Of a stretch of DNA of 64,000 bases, positions 56,191 to 63,103 are shown piece after piece. Under the pieces are notes generated by a model. The model ran no database searches and was not told the DNA's origin. It was given only the letters and a program-made list of their open reading frames with translations. The stretch spans positions 43,013 through 107,012 of the forward strand of contig JAQUPS010000002.1 of assembly GCA_028716485.1 (NCBI GenBank). Reading direction: 5' to 3'. This DNA is from Patescibacteria group bacterium. Its GTDB lineage: Bacteria > Patescibacteriota > Patescibacteriia > Patescibacteriales > WJLG01. Within the stretch, counting starts at the first letter, position 1, and each line of letters opens with the position of its first letter. Made by a program: the position numbers and the translations under genes.

Positions 56191-56610
56191 ATGGAAAAAG
56201 GAATAATAGTCCATTCCTTAATCATAAATCAAGGAAAAATTCTAATTCTAAAAAGGGCAAAACAAGAAGATCCTCTTAAAAATCACTGGGATTTCCCCGG
56301 TGGTACGTTAGAGGATGGTGAACAACCAATTTTGGGCGCAAAAAGAGAAATACGGGAAGAAACCGGCCTGGTAGTAAAAGATTTACAACTGTTTTATTGC
56401 GTTTCCAATATTGATGCTAAAAAGAAAAAACAGTTCATTACCCTAATATTCTTAGGGAAAACAAAGGCTAACCCAAAAAAAATTAAGTTAAGCAAGCGCG
56501 AACACGGAGAATTCAAATGGATTGAATTAGATGAATTCCAAAATTATCAGGTTGTTGATTTCGTGAAAGGATGCGTGTCCTATCTAAAAAGTCACGATTA
56601 TGCAATTTAA
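56191..56610 (+). CDS. NUDIX hydrolase (copy 2, paralog of 53445..53870)
   Basis: NUDIX box GGTLEDGEQPILGAKREIREETGL. It is colinear with copy 1 from MEKG(I/L)IVH to the C-terminus. Confidence 0.9.
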   Translation: MEKGIIVHSLIINQGKILILKRAKQEDPLKNHWDFPGGTLEDGEQPILGAKREIREETGLVVKDLQLFYCVSNIDAKKKKQFITLIFLGKTKANPKKIKLSKREHGEFKWIELDEFQNYQVVDFVKGCVSYLKSHDYAI

Positions 56611-56632
56611 TAAAGTTGGATATTATTGCACA

Positions 56633-56662
56633 AAGGCCGTCACCGAACAGACGGCTTTTTTA
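56633..56662 (+). terminator. rho-independent terminator after NUDIX copy 2
   Basis: aaggccgtc-N8-gacggctt followed by TTTTT. Confidence 0.7.
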
Positions 56663-56733
56663 TTAGCGTTAACTAACCATTGCGGCTACAAAAAAATGGC
56701 TATTTTTCTACAATTACTAAAAATGTTGATTTT

Positions 56734-56755
56734 TGAAGCACACGGGATTCGAACC
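56734..56755 (-). other. isolated tRNA 3'-end-like fragment
   Basis: The minus strand reads GGTTCGAATCCCGTGTGCTTCA: T-loop, 3' T-stem, 7-nt acceptor strand and discriminator. No matching 5' half is present. Confidence 0.45.
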
Positions 56756-56776
56756 AAAATTACACATATTTTTCAC

Positions 56777-56839
56777 ATCTTTGACTAAATCTTTGACTAA
56801 ATCTTTGACTAAATCTTTGACTAAATCTTTGACTAAATC
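56777..56839. repeat. tandem 12-bp repeat, five full copies plus a partial one (iteron-like)
   Basis: (atctttgactaa) x5 then atc. TTGACTAA recurs at 56872-56879, and TTGACTA at 57569-57575. Confidence 0.95.
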
Positions 56840-56866
56840 AAAAAAATCTGACATAAATCAGATTTT
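56834..56866 (-). terminator. rho-independent terminator oriented on the minus strand (junction B3)
   Basis: Minus strand: AAAATCTGA-N6-TCAGATTTT followed by TTTTTGATTT. Confidence 0.65.
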
Positions 56867-56893
56867 CTCTATTGACTAACAATAGCCAACCAA

Positions 56894-56935
56894 TCGGGTC
56901 TGCACGATACTAAATTGTCTTGGCGGGACACTCGG
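56894..56935. repeat. junction repeat R-a copy 2 followed by a CACTCGGGT motif
   Basis: tcgggtctgcacgatactaaattgtcttggcgg, then gacactcgggt. CACTCGGGT also occurs in both R-b copies and at 57004-57012. Confidence 0.9.
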
Positions 56936-57107
56936 GTTAAGTGCCCCAGTTATACAATCATTATAAGGGTTTTATGCGCCTTAGTCCAGAGGCAAAATTG
57001 AAGCACTCGGGTCGGGGGTCTAAAAGCAAAATGAGACAAATGAGACACTATAAGGGGCTTTTTGGATTGTCTCATTTTGGGGCATAATGCAAATGGATAA
57101 AAGATAA

Positions 57108-57137
57108 GGCTATAGACTAGATATCTAGTCTATAGCC
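57108..57137. repeat. perfect 30-bp palindrome
   Basis: ggctatagactagat|atctagtctatagcc, with no spacer. Confidence 0.95.
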
Positions 57138-57220
57138 AAGATAATTAAGTGTAACGTTTTCCTGTTTTCATCGTATAATTAAGTATAAGCAGTTAAAGCA
57201 ATCTGTTGCTTTTTTTGCTA

Positions 57221-57248
57221 TTGCTTTTTTCTATATAAATGCTATAAT
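57221..57248 (+). promoter_or_regulatory. strong sigma70-like promoter
   Basis: TTGCTT, 16 nt, then TGCTATAAT (extended -10 with a consensus hexamer). Confidence 0.55.
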
Positions 57249-57254
57249 TATAAT

Positions 57255-57738
57255 CATAAAAGTACCATTAAAATTCATAAAATCAAGCCTCTCGGGAGAG
57301 ATCTGCGAGAGGGGGAGTATCGGGATTATTAGATGCTGATTCAATTCTCGGGCCTTCAATGTCTTTGAAACAAGGCGAAAAAACGGCAATATTTGCTATT
57401 CCCTTGCGCGGGGTTAAAGCGCGGCAAATATCAGGCATTTCGCTTACTGAGTAAGTTTCCGGGGGATTATCCCCCCGCCCTGCAGGAGAAATTCTGCAAG
57501 GAGAGCCATTGAAATCAGCAAAAAATAATTAATTCACCAGTTAATCCGATATTTTTGAAACAAAACCTTGACTATTAAAATTGCTCATCTGCTTTTTCTT
57601 ATAGCAGTAAAACAATAAGTAGGGCAAAATTAATATTCCGGTATCTGGGTAGTTTCCAAGATCGCTTATTTATTTGAGCGTTTTTGGAATTTACCCTGAT
57701 AGGGTAAAAAAGAACGCCTCAATAAGCGTTCTTTTTTT
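57255..57738 (+). ncRNA. candidate about 480-nt structured non-coding transcript or long leader upstream of the ParB-like gene
   Basis: Bounded by the promoter at 57221-57248 and the terminator at 57709-57738, with no ORF over about 11 codons. It contains many local hairpins: cctctcg/cgagagg, ggggg-attat-ccccc, cttac-tga-gtaag, tgcag/ctgca and ttaccct-gat-agggtaa. Confidence 0.35.
57709..57738 (+). terminator. rho-independent terminator immediately upstream of the ParB-like gene
   Basis: aaagaacgc-N8-gcgttcttt followed by TTTT. Confidence 0.65.
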
Positions 57739-57764
57739 CATTTATAAACTAAAAATTAAAAAAT

Positions 57765-58232
57765 ATGTTGAATAAAAACAATCTTAACATCGTTTATGTT
57801 TCTATAAGTTCATTGCGCCCATCAGAGTATAATCCGCGTAAATGGGGCAAGGAAGCAAAAGAACAATTGAAACAAAGTATTAGCCGATTCGGGCTGGTTG
57901 ATCCGCTTCTCGTCAATTCCGCCAAAGGCCGGGAGGGCGTGGTCATCGGCGGCCATTTCCGTCTATTCATAGCCAAAGAATTGGGATACGTCAAAGTACC
58001 TGTTGTTTATATTTGTATTGACGACCTAGAAAAAGAAAAAGAACTGAATATTAGGCTTAATAAAAACTTGGGGGAATTTGATTGGGATATGCTGGCTGAT
58101 TTCGGCAATTCCCTGCTAACTGATATCGGATTTTCCAGCGAAGAATTGGATAATATCTTTGGTATTGATGAAAGCCCGGAAATGTTTAATTTGGACAAAG
58201 AATTGAAAAAATTAAACATCAAAAAAATCTAA
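57765..58232 (+). CDS. ParB-like nuclease/partition N-terminal-domain protein
   Basis: VSISSLRPSEYNPRKW ... VIGGHFR, the ParB/Srx-fold box. It ends at a TAA that is in frame with the next ORF. Confidence 0.8.
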   Translation: MLNKNNLNIVYVSISSLRPSEYNPRKWGKEAKEQLKQSISRFGLVDPLLVNSAKGREGVVIGGHFRLFIAKELGYVKVPVVYICIDDLEKEKELNIRLNKNLGEFDWDMLADFGNSLLTDIGFSSEELDNIFGIDESPEMFNLDKELKKLNIKKI

Positions 58233-58256
58233 ATCCAAAAAGGAGATGTTTGGCAA

Positions 58257-59096
58257 TTGGGAAAAAATCGCTTAATGTGTGGCAATTCGACTATGGAAAA
58301 CGATGTTTTAAAACTCATGGGCGATGAAAAAGCCGATATGTGCCTGACTGATCCGCCATACCTTTTAGACTATCTAAAAGGTAAAAAAAAGAAAAATGGC
58401 GAAGTGACCAAGGGTTTCGGATTAAAACGTGACCGCGTTTATCTCGGCACCGAAACTTTGCCGGATAATTTCACTGAATTATGGATGAATAATGTCGCTA
58501 AAATTCAAAAACCGGACTTCTCCATAATTGTCTATGAAAATCCAAAAAATCTAAGAACGATTTGGAATGAATTAGAAAAGCATTGGAAATATCGCAATAC
58601 GATTATTTGGCACATTCCCAACCGGGTCCAAGGATTTAGCGCGAAATATAAATTATTCAATAAGCATGATTTTGCAATTGTCGGAACTTCGGGGAAGATT
58701 GGGCTGAATACCGAATCGGAATCAGACGAATTGCTGCAAACCGAATATGAAACGGCCCTATTCGCCACTTCTGGCTCTCCACAGTGGGAAAGCTACGGCA
58801 AGGGAAAAAAATACTGCCCAACCGATTTTATTGAGCATATCGCGGCCGATGAAAAATCTTCGGGACAAGGCATTATTTTCGGAACCAAGCCTTTAGAAAT
58901 TCTAATCCCCTACATAAAAGTAATGACCAGGCGCGATGCCCTTATTGTGGAACCATTCGGCGGAAGCGGATCAACCCTGATTGCCGCCCAAAAAATGAAC
59001 CGGCGCTGTTTTCTAATGGAAAAATCGCCAGTCTATGCCGAAGTGATTAAAAAACGCTGGGAAAATTTAACCAACCTTAAAGCTGAAAAAATATGA
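58257..59096 (+). CDS. N4/N6 DNA methyltransferase (beta-class order), phage ParB-methylase type
   Basis: Catalytic motif IV is CLTDPPY, and the C-terminal SAM-binding motif I is VEPFGGSGSTLIAA. Homology-like sequence (KGDVWQLG) starts at 58239, upstream of the TTG called by the track. Confidence 0.85.
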   Translation: MGKNRLMCGNSTMENDVLKLMGDEKADMCLTDPPYLLDYLKGKKKKNGEVTKGFGLKRDRVYLGTETLPDNFTELWMNNVAKIQKPDFSIIVYENPKNLRTIWNELEKHWKYRNTIIWHIPNRVQGFSAKYKLFNKHDFAIVGTSGKIGLNTESESDELLQTEYETALFATSGSPQWESYGKGKKYCPTDFIEHIAADEKSSGQGIIFGTKPLEILIPYIKVMTRRDALIVEPFGGSGSTLIAAQKMNRRCFLMEKSPVYAEVIKKRWENLTNLKAEKI

Positions 59097-59506
59097 AAAC
59101 AGACAAAGAAAAGCAATTGTTTCTTGAACAGCTAAAAAAAACTCCGATTGTCCAGATCGCCTGCGAAAAAACTAGTTTGAGCCGGGCCACCTATTACCGC
59201 TGGAGGCAAGCTGATTCGGAATTTACCAAAGCGACTGATGAAGCTATTTTTGAAGGCGGACTGTTAATTAATGATATGGCCGAATCCCAGTTAATTTCCG
59301 CCATTAGAGATAAGAATTTTTCGGCGATCGTTTATTGGCTCAAGCATCACCATCCCACTTATGCCAATCGCTTAGAAATAACTGCCCAGCTGAAACAATC
59401 AGAAGAATTAACGCCAGAGCAAGCAACGATAGTGCGCGAGGCTCTGCGCCGATCTTCTCTATTGATTGATCAGGAAACTGCGGGCAACCAAGAATATGAA
59501 AAATAA
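59093..59506 (+). CDS. terminase small-subunit-like HTH protein
   Basis: 137 aa with an N-terminal HTH (IACEKTSLSRATYYRWRQ). Its start and stop overlap the neighbouring genes, and it lies directly upstream of the large terminase. Confidence 0.6.
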   Translation: MKTDKEKQLFLEQLKKTPIVQIACEKTSLSRATYYRWRQADSEFTKATDEAIFEGGLLINDMAESQLISAIRDKNFSAIVYWLKHHHPTYANRLEITAQLKQSEELTPEQATIVREALRRSSLLIDQETAGNQEYEK

Positions 59507-60551
59507 TGAAATAAAGGCGTTGGATGATCAAAAATTAATGGAAGAAATTGCTAAGGATCAAAAAATCCGCACGGCCATTAGCCGCAAGGATCACTTTTGG
59601 TTCTTTAATATTTATTTTTCTCACTATCTAATTTATCCTCCGGCCTTGTTCCACAAAGAAATGTTTGAACTCTCGCAAAGGGATGATCTTCGACTTATTG
59701 CTATCATGGCCTTTCGTGGCTCGGGTAAATCAACCATCATGAATTTATCCTATGCTCTATGGTCAATCTTGGGAAAATTTGAAAGAAAGTTTGTTCTAAT
59801 TGTCAGCGAAACTCAGAGTCAAGCCGAAGTACATTTCTCCGACATCCTTCATGAGCTAAAAACTAATGAACTATTAAGTGCTGATCTTGGACCATTTGAA
59901 GAAACAAGAGAACCTTACTCCGTACTGCTAAAGAATCTCAATGCCAAAATCATGTTCGTCTATCGCGGACAAACGATTCGGGGCATGCGCCACGGACCAC
60001 ATCGACCAGACTTAATTATCATTGATGATATTGAAGACAGTTGGTCTGCACAACCAGGACTAACGCGTGATACTACTTTTGAATGGTTCGAAACTGAAAT
60101 TATTCCAGCGGGAAACTCCGACACGACCATTGTAATTCTTGGAAACCTATTGCATGAAGATTCGTTCCTAATGCGCATTAGAGAAAACGTTAACGATGGA
60201 AAGATGCTCGGCGTATTCAGGGCCTACCCCTTGCTTGATGATTTAAATCAGAATCTCTGGCCGGAAAAATTCACCGAAGAAAATGTTGAACAGCTCAAGA
60301 AGAACAATTCGGCCTGGAAAAAAGAATATCTCTTGGAACTTAAAAAACCAATAACCACGATTATCGATTTGCTTGATCTAACAGAGCAAGGATCTTCAGA
60401 TAAAAAAAACGGTCAAACAAAAAAGGCTGTCCGCTTAGGAAAATATGTAATCAGCGCGCCGATTACAGGATGTTATGACTTAGGCAAGATTGATAAAATA
60501 TTAGATGAGATTGAAAATAAAAATCACTCTAAGGAAAATCACCCTCCCTAA
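59496..60551 (+). CDS. terminase large subunit, short (about 351 aa), probably C-terminally truncated
   Basis: Walker A AFRGSGKST, Walker B DLIIIDDIED and the coupling segment IVILGNLLHEDS. The ATGAAAAATAA overlap with the upstream stop supports a start at 59496. Confidence 0.75.
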   Translation: MKNNEIKALDDQKLMEEIAKDQKIRTAISRKDHFWFFNIYFSHYLIYPPALFHKEMFELSQRDDLRLIAIMAFRGSGKSTIMNLSYALWSILGKFERKFVLIVSETQSQAEVHFSDILHELKTNELLSADLGPFEETREPYSVLLKNLNAKIMFVYRGQTIRGMRHGPHRPDLIIIDDIEDSWSAQPGLTRDTTFEWFETEIIPAGNSDTTIVILGNLLHEDSFLMRIRENVNDGKMLGVFRAYPLLDDLNQNLWPEKFTEENVEQLKKNNSAWKKEYLLELKKPITTIIDLLDLTEQGSSDKKNGQTKKAVRLGKYVISAPITGCYDLGKIDKILDEIENKNHSKENHPP

Positions 60552-60562
60552 AACTTAATTAA

Positions 60563-62476
60563 TTATTTTGTAATACTTATAATATCAATATTAGGTGCGC
60601 AACCAAACCCCCACCCACAATCGATACCCTCAACCTTGCCCACTATTGTATATAATTTATTATAATAATCATCCTTTTCATTAAACGGCACCTTATAATA
60701 GTTTAATATGTCGGTAACAAAACCGTTTTTATACGTTGGATCATTTGAAACATCGTTCGAGTCTGCCCAAAACCAATCACAAGGCTTATTATTGTCTACG
60801 TTTTGATGATCTTTATCAATAATACAAAATTTAATTCCACCAGCCTGGGAATAGGCGTTACTAATCTTTCCTTGCCATTTAATAACTTTGCCGTCGTATT
60901 TGCTGTTATAACCCCCTCCATCCGATGTTCCTTCTTTGGAACCAATAACTTGATTATAGGTTAAGTCTGTCAATATAGACGTTGGAGGAAGACAAATGTC
61001 CCCAACTAAATCCGAATAAGGGACGAAAGCTTCAACCACTCCGGCAGCGCCAGATGACACGGTATAGGGCTGGAAATAAACGCTAATCCCCAAGCCCCCT
61101 ATTCCAATAATTTTATAATTTTCACTAGAGGGTGCGGCATACTCATCAATCTCATTGTCCCAATTATCGGTTGGGCCCCAGTGCTGAGCATACACTTCAG
61201 CTCTTACTATCGGAGCTATTTTATTTAAATAGTCTTCCCCGCAAAACAACTTATCGTTTTTTACTTCTTGATTATTTTTTAAATCGTAGTTTATAACAAC
61301 AACGTGGTCATGGTTGCCATTTCCTCCGCCGGTATAATCCGAGAAAATTATTTTAATGCTGACAATATCATTGGTAATGGAATTGATTTCGTAACTCGAG
61401 CTCAAATTAACACTACATTGGTAGTCGTATTCTTTAGCATCTCGGCATTCCCACTTATCGGCATCGGAATCATCGTAGTATTGCTTGTTGCCGTTGCCGT
61501 CTATGGTATAAAATCCGTTATCAATCCAGCCTTTAACTTCAGCCCGATCATCCGCTAAAATTTTATCAACAGTGCTTTTTATCAGTTCGTTCAATTTTTG
61601 CACTTCGACACCGCCAATAAATTTTGGGTATGCAATATTAACATCCGCATAAGTATTCTCTTCTTTAGTAATTTCATTTTGCCATTTTAGAGATTGGTAT
61701 TTATTTGATTTAGAAAGCTCTTTATGAAGCCCCTCGTTTTGATTATAAAATTCTATATTTTTAGACATGTCTAAACTATCGAGGTAGGTGCCATATTGCT
61801 CTAAGTTATCCAATAGCCATTTATTTGCTAGCTGCTCGGCTTCTTGGTCGTTGCTTGCTTCCAGATTTTGACTGAAAATTAAGGAATAAGTTGATTTGTT
61901 ATCTTCAAAAACTTTAATTACATTAATAGTAACGTCGGCTATATTAGTTCCGCTCGAAGTAGCATAAGAAGTAATACAATATGATTCTCTTTTTTGGGAA
62001 TCTGGAGCGACAAAAGGCTGAAAGACCTTAGAGCCATCTCGTTTGTTCTGCTCAACAATTCCATCCGCTAAATTTTTGGCTGAAATGTTGTTTCCGTATT
62101 GATTGATAATTAATTGTGCCTTAGCACTAAAATTCAATTCGTCTGCTGAATAATACATTGCCAACCCCTCATTGATTGGGGTTATATAATATGGAGTAAA
62201 ATCTTTGCCGGCAAATTTTAATACACCGCTACTTAAAATTATTGCCGACCGCTCCTTTTCCTCGTCGCTTGTTGAAGTTGCGTTCATCCCTGCAACTCTA
62301 GCGTCAAACATAGCGGCTCCCTTGTTAACTTTAGCCCAATCGATTTTATTACTTTCAGGCAACTGTTTTTTTTGAGAAACTGTATATATAAATCCCGCGA
62401 TAAAAACAAAATAACAAAGCAGGGATATTGTTAAAATATAACGATAAAATATTTTCTTAAATTTAATGATACTCAT
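60563..62476 (-). CDS. membrane-anchored extracytoplasmic protein with a DUF4163/DUF3298 (RsiV/PdaC-like) central region
   Basis: The start MSIIKFKK lies 2 nt after the upstream stop, and there is one N-terminal TM span. NIAYPKFIGGVEVQKLNELIKSTVDKI ... ISVYFQPYTVSSGAAGVVEAFVPYSDL fits that architecture. Confidence 0.55.
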   Translation of the reverse strand: MSIIKFKKIFYRYILTISLLCYFVFIAGFIYTVSQKKQLPESNKIDWAKVNKGAAMFDARVAGMNATSTSDEEKERSAIILSSGVLKFAGKDFTPYYITPINEGLAMYYSADELNFSAKAQLIINQYGNNISAKNLADGIVEQNKRDGSKVFQPFVAPDSQKRESYCITSYATSSGTNIADVTINVIKVFEDNKSTYSLIFSQNLEASNDQEAEQLANKWLLDNLEQYGTYLDSLDMSKNIEFYNQNEGLHKELSKSNKYQSLKWQNEITKEENTYADVNIAYPKFIGGVEVQKLNELIKSTVDKILADDRAEVKGWIDNGFYTIDGNGNKQYYDDSDADKWECRDAKEYDYQCSVNLSSSYEINSITNDIVSIKIIFSDYTGGGNGNHDHVVVINYDLKNNQEVKNDKLFCGEDYLNKIAPIVRAEVYAQHWGPTDNWDNEIDEYAAPSSENYKIIGIGGLGISVYFQPYTVSSGAAGVVEAFVPYSDLVGDICLPPTSILTDLTYNQVIGSKEGTSDGGGYNSKYDGKVIKWQGKISNAYSQAGGIKFCIIDKDHQNVDNNKPCDWFWADSNDVSNDPTYKNGFVTDILNYYKVPFNEKDDYYNKLYTIVGKVEGIDCGWGFGCAPNIDIISITK

Positions 62477-62478
62477 AT

Positions 62479-63072
62479 TCAATATTTCTTTGGAAAATAC
62501 TTTTTTCCAGCTTGCCATAGATATTTATCAATTTGCTTTAAATCAAACATCTCAAGCTCGTAAAATTTCCTAAAATTTTCGAGTATCTTTTTATATTGCA
62601 CATACACTTTTAAATCTTCTTTTGAAAAAAAGTCAAAATTATCTTTATTTTTACAATACACAAGCATTTGATCTACATAAGAATCATATATGGGATAAAC
62701 TGCTGGTTTATGGTGGCTACAGTATTTTGTTGCAAATGAATAAAAATTCTTTGTATTTCCCCCGTTCATTTCAATCCTTGCAATTTTATTTACTATGGTT
62801 AAATCGTTTTGTTTTAAATTATCATCAATTTTCAATTTTACAATATGCTTGGCAACAGTAAAAGGCGAGAAAATATTTGTGCTATAAAAATCATTTAATG
62901 AACATACTTTAATAAGCACATCATCAAGATCGTTATTCGAGGGATATGTTTTTGTAAACAATTTTCTCAAGCTACTTTCTTGTAAAGTATAATTCTCAAG
63001 AGAATCCCATAGCTTGAGATAATATTCAACCTCTTCTTGCGATGGCTTGATTATTTTTAAATCTTTTTTCAT
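62479..63072 (-). CDS. hypothetical cytoplasmic protein
   Basis: 197-aa ORF tightly coupled to its neighbours. No motif was recognised. Confidence 0.5.
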   Translation of the reverse strand: MKKDLKIIKPSQEEVEYYLKLWDSLENYTLQESSLRKLFTKTYPSNNDLDDVLIKVCSLNDFYSTNIFSPFTVAKHIVKLKIDDNLKQNDLTIVNKIARIEMNGGNTKNFYSFATKYCSHHKPAVYPIYDSYVDQMLVYCKNKDNFDFFSKEDLKVYVQYKKILENFRKFYELEMFDLKQIDKYLWQAGKKYFPKKY

Positions 63073-63103
63073 ATTTTCTTAACCCCAAAAAACTTTTATC
63101 ACA

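Noticed and set aside
56600-56788. 62-aa + strand ORF
   Set aside because: It spans a terminator, a tRNA-like fragment and the start of the 12-bp tandem array, so it is not a plausible gene.
56777-56839. 12-bp tandem array as a CRISPR array
   Set aside because: The repeats are contiguous with no spacers and far shorter than CRISPR repeats, and there are no cas genes in the window.
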